Shown: positions 9,927-20,462 of the stretch, in pieces
How the letters are laid out: each line of letters starts with the position of its first letter
Numbering within the stretch: the stretch's first letter is position 1
From: Acidimicrobiia bacterium
Lineage (GTDB): Bacteria > Actinomycetota > Acidimicrobiia > Spongiisociales > UBA5794
Assembly (NCBI GenBank): GCA_036985855.1
Contig: BTQL01000007.1
Coordinates: 3,060 to 67,059 of the forward strand
DNA: 64,000 nucleotides
Direction of reading: 5' to 3'
Made by a program: the position numbers and the translations under genes
The notes under the pieces: model-generated
Databases searched by the model: none
Seen by the model: only the letters and a program-made list of their open reading frames with translations
Told to the model about the DNA's origin: nothing

Positions 9927-11290
9927 GAGTCGCTCTGAATCGCCTGAGCCACAGTCCGAGCAACCGATGTGATATCTCCGGCGCCGAGCAAGAGCACCGT
10001 GTCGCCGGGTTCGGCCAGGTCGGCAACGATGGGCCCGATATCGGACAGGTTCGGCACATACACGGTGTGACCTCCTGCCGCTTCAGTCGCAGCAGCAACT
10101 ATCCGCCCCGAAACGCCGATGATCGGCACCTCACCTGCCGCGTACACATCAGTGACGATCGCGTGATCGGCCAATGCAAGCGGCGCTCCGAACTGCGGGC
10201 CGAGGTCGGCTGTTCGCGTGTATCGATGTGGCTGGAAGACGGCGATCACCTTGCGAGCTGTTCCTCGCGTCGCGGCCGCGATCGTGGCGGCGACCTCAGT
10301 CGGGTGGTGCGCGTAGTCATCGATGATCGTCACACCCGCGACCTTCCCTCGTATCTCATATCGCCTCCGCACTCCGGCAAAACCGGACAATGCGCGAGCC
10401 GCGCCTCCGGTGTCGTAACCGAGCTCCGTGAGGAACGCGAGAACGCCTGCAGCATTCGACGCGAGATGTGCGCCAGGCTTTGGGAGCGACACGTTGAGGG
10501 CGACATCACCTCGAACGACACGAAATACCTGCCCGTCGGCGGTGTGTTTGTGGTCCACGATCCGCCACATGGCGTCTGGCGAGAATCCGTATGAGATGAG
10601 AGAAACTCTCTGATCAAGCCGGCGAACGCCTGGATCGTCGAAGCAGCCGACTCGTGGACCGCCGACCTGCGCACTCACCTGGGCGAAGGCATCTTCGAGT
10701 GCCGCAACCGTTCCGTAATAGTCGAGATGGTCAGCTTCGATGTTCGACACGAGCAGTGCGTCGAGGTGGAGGTGCCGGAACGTTCCGAAGGCTTCATCTG
10801 CCTCGAGAACGAATAAGTCATCCGCCCCGAAATGGGCTCCTGTGTTGAGACCGATCATCTCTCCGCCGACGAGAAAGCTCGGATCGAGGCCTATTCCTCT
10901 GAGCGCGGTGACCGCTAGAGCGGTTGATGTTGTCTTGCCGTGCGTGCCAGCAAAACCGATCGTTGGAATGTTCCTTGTGAGGGCTGAAAGCAGTCGGGGG
11001 CGCTCCCAAACAGGGATACCGGCAGCCCGTGCGGCGCCGACCTCTGGATCGTTCTCTGGCACGGCTGAGGATGCAACAACCAGTTCGACACCGGCCATGG
11101 CGTTGGGTTCATGACCAACCCAGGTCCGCACTCCCACGTCCGCCAGTGAATCGAGCATACGACCTGGTTTCACATCGGAACCCGACACCGTGTGACCAAG
11201 CTGGCTCAACAGCTTCGCCAGGCCAGACATGCCGGCGCCACCGGCGCCGATGACGTGCACCCGCTCGGGAATGCTTTTCGGGTCAGTCAT
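9923..11290 (-). CDS. murC: UDP-N-acetylmuramate--L-alanine ligase
   Basis: Start re-picked at 11290 (MTDPKSIPERVHVIGAGGAGMSG). GTHGKTT, EADE, DDYAHHPTE, FQPHRYTRT. Confidence 0.97.
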   Translation of the reverse strand: MTDPKSIPERVHVIGAGGAGMSGLAKLLSQLGHTVSGSDVKPGRMLDSLADVGVRTWVGHEPNAMAGVELVVASSAVPENDPEVGAARAAGIPVWERPRLLSALTRNIPTIGFAGTHGKTTSTALAVTALRGIGLDPSFLVGGEMIGLNTGAHFGADDLFVLEADEAFGTFRHLHLDALLVSNIEADHLDYYGTVAALEDAFAQVSAQVGGPRVGCFDDPGVRRLDQRVSLISYGFSPDAMWRIVDHKHTADGQVFRVVRGDVALNVSLPKPGAHLASNAAGVLAFLTELGYDTGGAARALSGFAGVRRRYEIRGKVAGVTIIDDYAHHPTEVAATIAAATRGTARKVIAVFQPHRYTRTADLGPQFGAPLALADHAIVTDVYAAGEVPIIGVSGRIVAAATEAAGGHTVYVPNLSDIGPIVADLAEPGDTVLLLGAGDITSVARTVAQAIQSDS

Positions 11291-12362
11291 GGACCAACCC
11301 GAGAACGTGTTCGGCGATCGACCTGGCAACACCGTGGTGTTGTGAAGCTTTGGCTGTGTCTGACATCTCTTTTCGTTTCACTTCGTCCGCGAGTAACGCA
11401 TGAGCAGTGTCGATGATCTCATTCCTACGTTCCTGACCTATGACGATCCCAGCGCCGGTCTTGACAAGATCGCCGGCGTTCAGGCCTTGATATCCCCTCC
11501 CGGCCGGTAGTGGAACGAGGATCGCCGGCGTAGCGGTTGCGTGGAGTTCCGAGACGGTCATCGCACCGGATCTGGATAGCACGACGTCGCATGCCGCGTA
11601 GAGAAGCTCCATCTCGGTTTCGAACGGAACTACGAACCATCCTTCGACGGACGCAGCGTTGCCTGCGATCTGCTCGAAATGGGACTCACCCGTCACCTGC
11701 AGGATCTCGAACCCGCGGGTGTGATCCGACGCGATTTCGGCTGCGATCTCGTTCAGCGCGGCGGCCCCAAGACTTCCACCGAATACACCGAGGACGATTC
11801 CGCTCTGATCCATTCCGTAACGCTTCCTCGCCTCAGGGCGAAGCGCTTCTCTGTCGAATGACTCGAATGAACTGCGGAGCGGATTGCCAACGACAATCCC
11901 CTTCCTGAGCTTCTTGGTCGCCGGCTCGAATGCTACGAAAACAGTATCGGCGCTCGATGCCAGCAGCCTATTGGCCATCCCCGGCACGGCGTTTGCCTCG
12001 TGGATGATCAATGGGATCTTCGTCCTTCGCGCAGCCAAACCGGCAGGACCAGATACGTATCCGCCGAACACGACCATCGCCCGGATGCCCAGAAGTTCGA
12101 TCTGATCGGACATGACACGGGTGGCTCTCCTGATCTTCAGAGGGAGGGTGAGATTGTCGACGGACAACGAACGCCTGACGCCGTGTATGTCCACCTCGAC
12201 GAACGGATAACCCGCTGTCGGAATCACTTCGGCCTCCATTCGGTCACCGCCGAAGAACACGATGTCATCCTTGTGCATACCCAATTCGATGAGGGATTCC
12301 GCAACAGCGAGAGCGGGGTACACATGACCACCAGAGCCAGCCGCCGCGATTCCGACTTTCAC
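11283..12362 (-). CDS. murG: Undecaprenyl-PP-MurNAc-pentapeptide GlcNAc transferase
   Basis: GTG 12362 overlaps the ftsW stop. GSGGHVYP, HEANAVPG.ANR, GNPLR, GGSLGA, RSGA.TVSE. Confidence 0.97.
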   Translation of the reverse strand: MKVGIAAAGSGGHVYPALAVAESLIELGMHKDDIVFFGGDRMEAEVIPTAGYPFVEVDIHGVRRSLSVDNLTLPLKIRRATRVMSDQIELLGIRAMVVFGGYVSGPAGLAARRTKIPLIIHEANAVPGMANRLLASSADTVFVAFEPATKKLRKGIVVGNPLRSSFESFDREALRPEARKRYGMDQSGIVLGVFGGSLGAAALNEIAAEIASDHTRGFEILQVTGESHFEQIAGNAASVEGWFVVPFETEMELLYAACDVVLSRSGAMTVSELHATATPAILVPLPAGRGYQGLNAGDLVKTGAGIVIGQERRNEIIDTAHALLADEVKRKEMSDTAKASQHHGVARSIAEHVLGLVHD

Positions 12363-13555
12363 GCCGCGTCCTGAGTCGCCTGCGAACGGTCCGAAGTCCT
12401 CGAGATGTTGAGCAGAACTCCGACTGCCGCGAGATTCGCAAACATCGCGTTCCCGCCGGCAGAAATGAATGGGAGAGGCACCCCGGTGATCGGGAGCACA
12501 GCCACAACACCTCCGATGTTCACAAGCGCCTGTATCGAAAGCCACGAAACGATCCCAATGGCGAGCAGCCTCCCGTACATGTCCGGGGCTCGATACGCGA
12601 TCGATACGCCAACCACTCCGATGAGGGCGAACAGTGTGATCACGATGGACGCGCCTGCGAATCCGGTCTCCTCACCGATGATCGCAAAGATGAAGTCCGT
12701 ATGGGCGTTCGGAAGCCATAACCATCTGGCCCGGCTCTGTCCGAGTCCGACACCGAACATTCCGCCGGTGCCGAGAGCAACCATGGACTGCACGGCTTGG
12801 AGACCGGAGCCCTTTGCGTTCTCGAAAGGCTTCAGAAATCCCAGGAGACGGGCCTTTCGGTAGTCGGCCGACATCGCAAGAACGGTCATCGTAATGGCGC
12901 CAAGTCCGGCCATCGAAAGCACGAAGCGCAGCGGCACGGCTGACGCGGCAAGCACAACGAATGCCGGAAGGACGATGAGGAGCACGTTTCCGAAATCAGG
13001 CTGTGCAAGCAGCAGGAGGCCGACTGTCCCGAGGATCGCACCAACGGGAATCATCACGTGCCTGATGTCGCTGAGCAGCGCGTCCTTCTTTGTCAGCACG
13101 GAAGCCAGCAACGACAATGTTGCGAACTTCGCAAGTTCAGCCGCCTGAAACGTCACCGGCCCGATCTCGATCCACCTCGTTGCACCCCCCCGCGTGTCGC
13201 CTACCACCAAGGTGACCACAAGACCTATCACCGTCGCGGCGTAGATCGGCAACGCGAATCTCCTCCACACGTCATATGGAACGAAAGCCGTGACGACGAG
13301 CGCTCCGAGGCCGAGGCCGACCCACATCACCTGTTTCGTGAACAGCTCGAACTGGCCGGAATTCGATTGGATCGATACGACCGATGACGCGCTCAACATA
13401 GCCCCGAGGCCGATGGTCAGGAGCATTGCGACGACGACCAACAAGAACACGGATCTTCGGTTCCCGCCATGCTGAATCCTCGCCAGCCGGGAAGGGCGAC
13501 GTTCGATCTCCGAGCCATCAACCGTCCTGTGCTTGGCATCGGCTATCTGGACCAT
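12359..13555 (-). CDS. ftsW: Peptidoglycan polymerase FtsW (SEDS)
   Basis: RWIEIG...QAAELAK, QPDFG, HTDFIFAIIGEE.G, GVPLPFISAGG. Confidence 0.97.
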   Translation of the reverse strand: MVQIADAKHRTVDGSEIERRPSRLARIQHGGNRRSVFLLVVVAMLLTIGLGAMLSASSVVSIQSNSGQFELFTKQVMWVGLGLGALVVTAFVPYDVWRRFALPIYAATVIGLVVTLVVGDTRGGATRWIEIGPVTFQAAELAKFATLSLLASVLTKKDALLSDIRHVMIPVGAILGTVGLLLLAQPDFGNVLLIVLPAFVVLAASAVPLRFVLSMAGLGAITMTVLAMSADYRKARLLGFLKPFENAKGSGLQAVQSMVALGTGGMFGVGLGQSRARWLWLPNAHTDFIFAIIGEETGFAGASIVITLFALIGVVGVSIAYRAPDMYGRLLAIGIVSWLSIQALVNIGGVVAVLPITGVPLPFISAGGNAMFANLAAVGVLLNISRTSDRSQATQDAA

Positions 13556-14841
13556 GCGGCGGTCCCCTCGGTTCGCTTCACCAGAGCTTGGAATACGTCA
13601 CCGCGCTCAGCGTAGGATGAGAACTCATCAAAACTCGCGCATCCAGGCGAGAGCAGAACGGTGTCGCCCGACCCAGCTGTAGCGCGGGCTGCCTCGACGG
13701 CTTCTTCGAGCGAGTCGACAACCGTGACAGGTTGGCGCGTGATCTCTCCGATCGCCGGACCTGCCTCTCCGAATGCAATCAGCTTCGTGACACCATCGAG
13801 ACTCGCAATGGGCGAGAGATCGAGACCTTTGTTCTGTCCACCGGCGAGAAGAACAACCGGTGCATACGCCGCGACCGCCGCGGTTGTCGCATGAGGATTC
13901 GTTGCTTTCGAATCATCGATCCACACAATGCCATCGTTCGTCTCGACGATCTGCCTTCGATGCGCGCCCGGTCGGAAGCTTCCGATCGAGGCCGCGACAC
14001 CCTCAGGCGTCGCTCCGGCCGCCAAAGCGACCGTGCCGGCGGTCACGATATCGAACAAGAACGAGGGATCGGCTGTTGGTGCGAAAAAGTGGTTGTCTTC
14101 GATCACGATCCGAGCTTGTGCGACGCCGTTGCCTCCCTGGGGGATCCTCAGCCCAGAACAGGGCACGAGAGAGCATTCGGCTCCTGCCACAGCGTCGACA
14201 ACAACAGGATCGTCCGCGTTGTATGCCAGCACGGCCGTGGAATCCATGCCTGAGAAGATACGAGTTTTCGCCGCAACATAGGCCTCGAAGGTGCCGTGCC
14301 AATCGAGGTGGTCTGGCGCGATATTCAGGAGTGCGGCCGCCATGGGAACCGCCGACCCGAGGAATCGGAGCTGGTACGAAGAAAGCTCGAGCACCAGGAT
14401 CTGGGCATCGGTATCTGTCATGCCCGACACAGGAGTGCCCAGGTTGCCACCCCCTGTTGCCTGCACGCAGGACGCTGTGAGCATCTCCGCGATGAGTTCA
14501 GTGACCGTGGTCTTGCCATTCGTCCCTGTCACGGCGACGAAGGGCAGATCGATGTGCTCGAGACCGAATCCAGCTTCAGTGATGACCTCGATACCAGCGG
14601 AGAGAACATCGCTCAAAGGCGGCTGCACCTCTGCGAACCAGGGCGATGTCACGACGCGATCGACACCATCGAGAAACCCTGTCTGCCACTCTGCCGGCAG
14701 CACGGTGACACGGTCGCTGAGGTCCGAGGGAGGTTGGGGCGATTCAGCGTCGTACATCACAACCTCGGCGCCATCAGCGAGGCTGATCCTCGCAGCGTCG
14801 GCGAGGCCCCGAAGGTTTGTGCCGAGGATCAAGGTTCTCAT
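13543..14841 (-). CDS. murD: UDP-MurNAc-L-Ala--D-glutamate ligase
   Basis: Start re-picked at 14841 (overlaps the mraY stop). GTNGKTT, ELSSYQL, PDHLDWH, DDSKATN, LLSPGCASFD. Confidence 0.95.
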   Translation of the reverse strand: MRTLILGTNLRGLADAARISLADGAEVVMYDAESPQPPSDLSDRVTVLPAEWQTGFLDGVDRVVTSPWFAEVQPPLSDVLSAGIEVITEAGFGLEHIDLPFVAVTGTNGKTTVTELIAEMLTASCVQATGGGNLGTPVSGMTDTDAQILVLELSSYQLRFLGSAVPMAAALLNIAPDHLDWHGTFEAYVAAKTRIFSGMDSTAVLAYNADDPVVVDAVAGAECSLVPCSGLRIPQGGNGVAQARIVIEDNHFFAPTADPSFLFDIVTAGTVALAAGATPEGVAASIGSFRPGAHRRQIVETNDGIVWIDDSKATNPHATTAAVAAYAPVVLLAGGQNKGLDLSPIASLDGVTKLIAFGEAGPAIGEITRQPVTVVDSLEEAVEAARATAGSGDTVLLSPGCASFDEFSSYAERGDVFQALVKRTEGTAAWSR

Positions 14842-15896
14842 GGCACGATCGATCCTGGTCCTGAAACCCAATCTCCGTAGAACAGTCCGATGCCGACGGC
14901 GACCATCATTCCTGAGATGATCCAGAACCTGATGATCACCGTGGTCTCCGGCCAACCCTTCAATTCGAAGTGGTGGTGGATTGGAGCCATCAGGAAGATG
15001 CGTCTTCCGAATCCTCGGAACGAGATGACCTGGAGGATCACCGAGACCGTCTCCATCACATAGAGGCCTCCGATGATCACAAGAAGCAGTTGCGTGTTGG
15101 TGAGCAATGCCAGAGCAGCGATCGCTCCACCTATCGCGTGCGAGCCCGTGTCACCCATGATGATCTTTGCAGGTGCAGCGTTCCACCACAGAAATGCCAA
15201 CGCCGCTCCAAGCACTGCCGCGGCAAAGAGCCCTATGTCGAGAGCACCATCGACTTGGTAGAACGACGCATTGCGCGATTGCCAGAACGCGATCAGAACG
15301 TACGCGCCGAACACCAAGGCACTCGAACCAGCTACCAGGCCATCGAGACCATCCGTCAGATTCACGCCGTTCGCGGTCGCGGTCAGCATGAAGAGCACAA
15401 GACCGAAGAACAGTATGGGTCCCAGATCGATCCCGAGCGGTCGCGCAAAGGACAATTCGGTGCTCACACCGGCATTCGACGCACCCCACGCGAAGAATGC
15501 GGCGACGAGGAGCTGTCCACCAAACTTCCACCGCTTCGAAAGACCCTGGTTGCGCTTTCGAGCGAACTTCGCGAAGTCATCTGCGAATCCGATAGCGGCC
15601 ATGCCCACAAGGGCGAACAAACCAAGAAGTGCCTTGTCACTCATCGGTTGACTGACGAAACCGAAGCCCTCACCAACAGTGAAGAACTTGAAGTGGGCCA
15701 GCAGATAACCGAGCGCGGCACCCGCGACGATGACGACTCCGCCCATCGTCGGCACTCCCTGTTTGTGCAGGTGTCCCTCGACTTCTGACTGAATGAATTG
15801 CCCGATGTTGCGGCGCCGCAGAAACCGGATGGAAAAAGGCGTAACGAAGATCACGAGCACGAACGCGATTGCGGATGAAGCGAGCAGAGAGATCAC
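14838..15896 (-). CDS. mraY: Phospho-MurNAc-pentapeptide translocase
   Basis: K.GVPTMGG, GFADD, NGVNLTDGLDGL, IMGDTGS, MAPIHHHFE. Confidence 0.98.
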   Translation of the reverse strand: MISLLASSAIAFVLVIFVTPFSIRFLRRRNIGQFIQSEVEGHLHKQGVPTMGGVVIVAGAALGYLLAHFKFFTVGEGFGFVSQPMSDKALLGLFALVGMAAIGFADDFAKFARKRNQGLSKRWKFGGQLLVAAFFAWGASNAGVSTELSFARPLGIDLGPILFFGLVLFMLTATANGVNLTDGLDGLVAGSSALVFGAYVLIAFWQSRNASFYQVDGALDIGLFAAAVLGAALAFLWWNAAPAKIIMGDTGSHAIGGAIAALALLTNTQLLLVIIGGLYVMETVSVILQVISFRGFGRRIFLMAPIHHHFELKGWPETTVIIRFWIISGMMVAVGIGLFYGDWVSGPGSIVP

Positions 15897-17233
15897 GATG
15901 CAGAATCCTTGATCAGTTGAAGAGCTAGGCGTTCAAGGCTGGCTGAACGCGAGGCCTTCACCAGCACAACGTCTCCCGGTTCGACGATGCCCGCAAGCGT
16001 ATCGGCTGCATCCTCGATATTGGCGGCTTTGCGAGCGTTGCCTCCGAAGCCGACAGCGAATCCATGGTCAGGACCCACAACCACGAGCTCACAGAAGCCG
16101 AGGTCACTTGCAATACGCCCGAGCCGAATGTGCTCCCGCTCACAGGCGGATCCGAGCTCTGCCATCAGGCCAAGGACGGCAATGTGCCTTCCGCTCATCG
16201 AAGCTACGGTCGTGAGGGCGCTTTCGACGGATTGAGGATTCGCGTTGTACGCATCGTTCACAACCGTGTACCGACCTCGATGCACATCCATTCGCCAGTC
16301 GGACCCGGTCGCCGATTCGAGTCTTGAGACAAACGCCTCTATCTCCAGTCCGAGAGCGAGAGCAACGCCCACCGCAGCGGCTGTGTTGGAAGCGTGATGT
16401 GCTCCGGGCAGTGGAAGCGACACCAAGAGGTCGCCTTCAGCCGTATGCAATGTGAAACTGGGAAGGCCTCCGTCGTCAGTGGTCACATCAGTGACCATGA
16501 CATCCGCTCCTGTCTTGCCGAATGTGATCGTCTTGTGACTGCCCTCGCGCAGCAGCGACGGCTCGTCTGCAGGAAGCACCGCCACCCCGCCGGGGCCTAG
16601 AGCATCGATCAACTCGTACTTCGCATTCGCCAGGTTCCGCAGTGACCCGAACGTCTCGAGGTGCACGAGACCGAGGTTCGTGATGACAGAGACGGATGGT
16701 TTGATGATGGGTGCCAGCCATTCGATTTGACCGGTACCGCGCGTACCGACCTCGAGAATGAGCGCTGTTGCATCCGACGGCGTGGAGAGCACCGTGAGGG
16801 GAACCCCGATTTCATTGTTGAACGAGCGAGGAGACGCCCACGACCCATCGAGTCCGGCTGCAAGAAGGTCCTTGGTCGACGTCTTCCCTGTCGACCCGGT
16901 AATGGCAATAGTCGGGATATCCAACTCGTCTCGGCGTTTGACTGCCAGAGCAGCGAGAGCATCCCCCGTCGATTCGACCTCGATTCGGGGAGTGGCGTCG
17001 ACGGCGCTATCGCTCTGAACCACCACCGCGACCGCACCCGAGGAGAGAACTTGATCAACATAGGAGTGACCGTCGAATGTGTCCCCTTCAAGGGCCACGA
17101 ACAGTCCTCCGTCGACATCACCACGACTATCGCTGACGACCGCGGCCACCGGACGATCTGATCGGCCGACAAGATCGCCGCCCACCGCATCGGCTACATC
17201 GCCGAGACTCCAGCCAAGAAAGACACCGGTCAT
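15893..17233 (-). CDS. murF: UDP-MurNAc-tripeptide--D-Ala-D-Ala ligase
   Basis: ATG 17233 overlaps the murE stop. ITGSTGKTSTK, SFNNEIG.P, NDAYNANP. Confidence 0.97.
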   Translation of the reverse strand: MTGVFLGWSLGDVADAVGGDLVGRSDRPVAAVVSDSRGDVDGGLFVALEGDTFDGHSYVDQVLSSGAVAVVVQSDSAVDATPRIEVESTGDALAALAVKRRDELDIPTIAITGSTGKTSTKDLLAAGLDGSWASPRSFNNEIGVPLTVLSTPSDATALILEVGTRGTGQIEWLAPIIKPSVSVITNLGLVHLETFGSLRNLANAKYELIDALGPGGVAVLPADEPSLLREGSHKTITFGKTGADVMVTDVTTDDGGLPSFTLHTAEGDLLVSLPLPGAHHASNTAAAVGVALALGLEIEAFVSRLESATGSDWRMDVHRGRYTVVNDAYNANPQSVESALTTVASMSGRHIAVLGLMAELGSACEREHIRLGRIASDLGFCELVVVGPDHGFAVGFGGNARKAANIEDAADTLAGIVEPGDVVLVKASRSASLERLALQLIKDSAS

Positions 17234-18708
17234 GACGGTGTCCAACCCGCGGCTGTGAGTGCATCACGAACCTCTGCTCTGTCATCGAATGGCAGAATCT
17301 CTGCTCCAACGTCCTGGCCCTGCTCGTGTCCCTTGCCCAACACGACAACCATGTCGCCCGGCAGAGCGACTTGCACCGCATACCTGATCGCCTCCCTCCG
17401 ATCGATGACCATCTCGATGGTCGCACCGGGCTGGACTTCCGCACCGCGACGGACCTCGTCGGCGATCGCCACCGGATCCTCAGAACGTGGGTTGTCGGTC
17501 GTGATGACCGTCAGATCAGAAAGCCTTGCCGCGGTAGCTCCCATGATCGAGCGCTTGTCTCTGTCCCGGTCGCCTCCCGCACCGACGAGTGCGATCACGC
17601 GCCCTGGTACCGCCGACCGCACCGAATCCAACACAACCGCGATTGCGTCTGGCGTATGTGCGTAGTCGACGACGACGGTGAACGGCCCATCGTGGGGGAT
17701 CACCTCCATCCTCCCAGGGATCGAGTCGAGGCCCTCGAGCCCTTCGGTGATCGCGGCGAGGTCAACACCGAGTTCGACCGCCATTCCGATGGCGACGAGC
17801 GCATTGGAAACATTGAAGACCCCCACAAGAGGCAATGCCACGACACCGGATCCCCCCGGTGTGTGGACCGTGAAGGATGTCCCTTCTGCCGTTCCCTCAA
17901 GTCCATCGGCGGTGATATCGGCGGCTGAAGCCAAGGACACAGCGATCGACGGGATTCTCGATGACAACGTGAGTCGCTCCCCCCAAGGATCGTCGGTGTT
18001 GACCACCGCGGTGTCCGCAACACCCGGAGCAAAGAGCCTCCGCTTCACATCGAAATAGGTCTCCATGTCGCCATGAAAGTCAAGGTGATCCTGGGAGAGA
18101 TTCGTAAAACCGACTACCGCGAATACGATGGCGTCCGATCGGTGCAGCTCGATCGCGTGGCTCGACACCTCCATGAGCACCGTGTGCACTCTGCTGTCAC
18201 GCATCGTCGCGAGAATCCGCTGGAGGTCGGTCGCCTCCGGCGTTGTTCTGGCGATTGTGACGGGAGACCCATCGATCCTGGCACCGAGGGTACCGATGAT
18301 CCCCACCCGTACTCCGGATGCAACAAGGATGGATTCCAACATGTGGGTCACTGTTGTCTTTCCGTTCGTACCTGTGACAGCAGCCACAACCAGGGTTGAG
18401 TCAGGTTCTCTGAAAACCGCTCGCGCCGCCCATGCCGTTGCGAGCCGAGTGTCCTCCACGAGGATATGAGGGATCGACGTTTGCTGGACTCGTTCGACAA
18501 GAACTGCCGATGCTCCCCTTTCGACGGCCTCACCGATGAAATCGTGCCCATCGAGTTGCTCTCCGGGAATCGCTACGAACAGGGTGCCGGGTCGAACCTG
18601 ACGCGAGTCGTGGGTGATGTCTGACACCGACACATCACCCCCGGCTAAGGAGATGAAGCCGGGAACTCTCTCGGCGACCTGACGGAGCAAGACTCCCATA
18701 CCGGACAT
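17230..18708 (-). CDS. murE: UDP-MurNAc-dipeptide--diaminopimelate ligase
   Basis: DSR, VTGTNGKTT, RTTPE, MEVSSH, QDHLDFH, VDYAHTPD, DNPR (mDAP-type motif), GKGHE. Confidence 0.98.
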   Translation of the reverse strand: MSGMGVLLRQVAERVPGFISLAGGDVSVSDITHDSRQVRPGTLFVAIPGEQLDGHDFIGEAVERGASAVLVERVQQTSIPHILVEDTRLATAWAARAVFREPDSTLVVAAVTGTNGKTTVTHMLESILVASGVRVGIIGTLGARIDGSPVTIARTTPEATDLQRILATMRDSRVHTVLMEVSSHAIELHRSDAIVFAVVGFTNLSQDHLDFHGDMETYFDVKRRLFAPGVADTAVVNTDDPWGERLTLSSRIPSIAVSLASAADITADGLEGTAEGTSFTVHTPGGSGVVALPLVGVFNVSNALVAIGMAVELGVDLAAITEGLEGLDSIPGRMEVIPHDGPFTVVVDYAHTPDAIAVVLDSVRSAVPGRVIALVGAGGDRDRDKRSIMGATAARLSDLTVITTDNPRSEDPVAIADEVRRGAEVQPGATIEMVIDRREAIRYAVQVALPGDMVVVLGKGHEQGQDVGAEILPFDDRAEVRDALTAAGWTPS

Positions 18709-18709
18709 C

Positions 18710-20452
18710 TCAGTCCCGATCGGGGGTTACGCCAAGCTGGTGAAGTGCGTTCTGCGCAACCTCGGCGAAAACAGGTGCCGCAGAAGCTCCACCGAACGAC
18801 AGGTCGGTGCCGTCCGGAAGACGACCGTTCGGCGAGTCCAGAACGACAACGACAACGACCTTCGGATCATTGAGCGGAGCCATACCTATGAAAGACGCAG
18901 TCGTTGCGTTCGAGTAGGCGCCGGCTTCAACGTCGAACTTCTGGCTCGTTCCCGTCTTTCCGCCCGCTGTGTAGTCGGTCATGCGCCCGCGTCGACCGGT
19001 GCCCTTGTCGGTCTCGACGACACGGCCGAGCATTCGACGCATCTCGGAAGCCGTATCGGGAGAAAGGACACGGCGCGACCTCGCGTGTGTCTCGATCCTC
19101 GTACCGTCAGGCCTGAGGATCTCCTCGACCAGGTACGGCTCGGTCCACACACCATCATTGGCGATCGTTGCGTACACAGCGGCCATCTGGAGCGCCGTGG
19201 TTCCGACTGCGTATCCGATCGCGATCGATGACCCGCTCGTCTGGGTCCAGATCTTCGTCGGGTCGAGTTTGCCTTGTCTTTCGCCTGCGACGTCGAGTCC
19301 TGACGCTCGACCAAGACCGAACGCCGTCAGGTACTCGTAATGCAGTTCATTTCCGAGTCGGCGTTGAATCTCGATTGTTCCGACGTTCGAGGACCTCTGC
19401 AGGACGTCTTCTACCGGCATCCAATCGGGATAACTGGCGTGGTCCTGATATACGAATTCGCCGACGGTCACGGTCTTCGGTGTATCGATCGGTGTCTGAG
19501 GGGTAACCACACCTTCCTCGATCGCTGCAGCGATCGTGATGGTCTTGAGCGTAGATCCCGGCTCGTACACGTCTGCGACCGCCCGATTGCGCAAGACGGC
19601 TGGCGTGATCTCAGATCGGTCGTTGAGATCAAGACCCGGCCAGCTCGCCATCGCAACCACCTCGCCGGTCCCCGGCAGCAGGACAACGATGGAGCCACCG
19701 ACCGCGTTCGTTGTTTGTATCGCCTTGCGAAGCGCTTGCTCGGCAATGAACTGGATCTCACGATCGATGGTCGTGATGATGTCACTACCCGGAACCGCTG
19801 GCTCGACAAGTACCTGACCCTGGGGAATCGCACGACCACCTGGGTCGACTTCGACGACGATCTTCCCTGCGCGACCCTCGAGCTCGGAGTTGAACGTCTT
19901 TTCGAGACCTTCGATACCCGAGTTGTCGTCCAGGCGGAGGAGCCCGATCACCTGGGCGGCGACCGAACCGGCCGGGTAGACGCGGAGTGGCTGATCCCTG
20001 TAGAAGACGCCGATGATCCCCGCGGCATCGACAGCATCCTCAACCACGGCCTTCATCCTTTTCTCGACCCGCATGGCGATCTCGAGGTACCTACGTTCGT
20101 CCGCTTGACCCTCGACAAACTCGGCGAGAAGATCCTCGTACGACTTGCTCGAGAATGGGGCGAGAACCGTAGCAGCAGCCTGTGGGTCATCGATCAACAT
20201 GGGGTCGACCAAGATGTTGTAACCATTGATCGTCATCGCGAGCTCGATGCCTTCCCTGTCATAGATCGTTCCACGCGGCGGATCGATGGCCCGTTCGCGG
20301 ATGCGCTGGTCGAAACCATATTCAGCATTCGCAAGCGCCTGGCTGCCCTGCAAGTCGAAGAGCCTGAATCCGATGCCACCCCAGGAAAGAATGAAAGCGA
20401 GTCCGACGAGAAGCAACCGAAGGTCGCCTCTCTTCCAGATGTGGGCATTCAT
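18710..20452 (-). CDS. ftsI: Class B penicillin-binding protein FtsI
   Basis: N-terminal TM, RGTIYDR, SxxK (PGSTLK), SxN (SSNVG), KTG (GKTGT). Alternative start 20476. Confidence 0.96.
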   Translation of the reverse strand: MNAHIWKRGDLRLLLVGLAFILSWGGIGFRLFDLQGSQALANAEYGFDQRIRERAIDPPRGTIYDREGIELAMTINGYNILVDPMLIDDPQAAATVLAPFSSKSYEDLLAEFVEGQADERRYLEIAMRVEKRMKAVVEDAVDAAGIIGVFYRDQPLRVYPAGSVAAQVIGLLRLDDNSGIEGLEKTFNSELEGRAGKIVVEVDPGGRAIPQGQVLVEPAVPGSDIITTIDREIQFIAEQALRKAIQTTNAVGGSIVVLLPGTGEVVAMASWPGLDLNDRSEITPAVLRNRAVADVYEPGSTLKTITIAAAIEEGVVTPQTPIDTPKTVTVGEFVYQDHASYPDWMPVEDVLQRSSNVGTIEIQRRLGNELHYEYLTAFGLGRASGLDVAGERQGKLDPTKIWTQTSGSSIAIGYAVGTTALQMAAVYATIANDGVWTEPYLVEEILRPDGTRIETHARSRRVLSPDTASEMRRMLGRVVETDKGTGRRGRMTDYTAGGKTGTSQKFDVEAGAYSNATTASFIGMAPLNDPKVVVVVVLDSPNGRLPDGTDLSFGGASAAPVFAEVAQNALHQLGVTPDRD

Positions 20453-20462
20453 CCCTTCGCCA

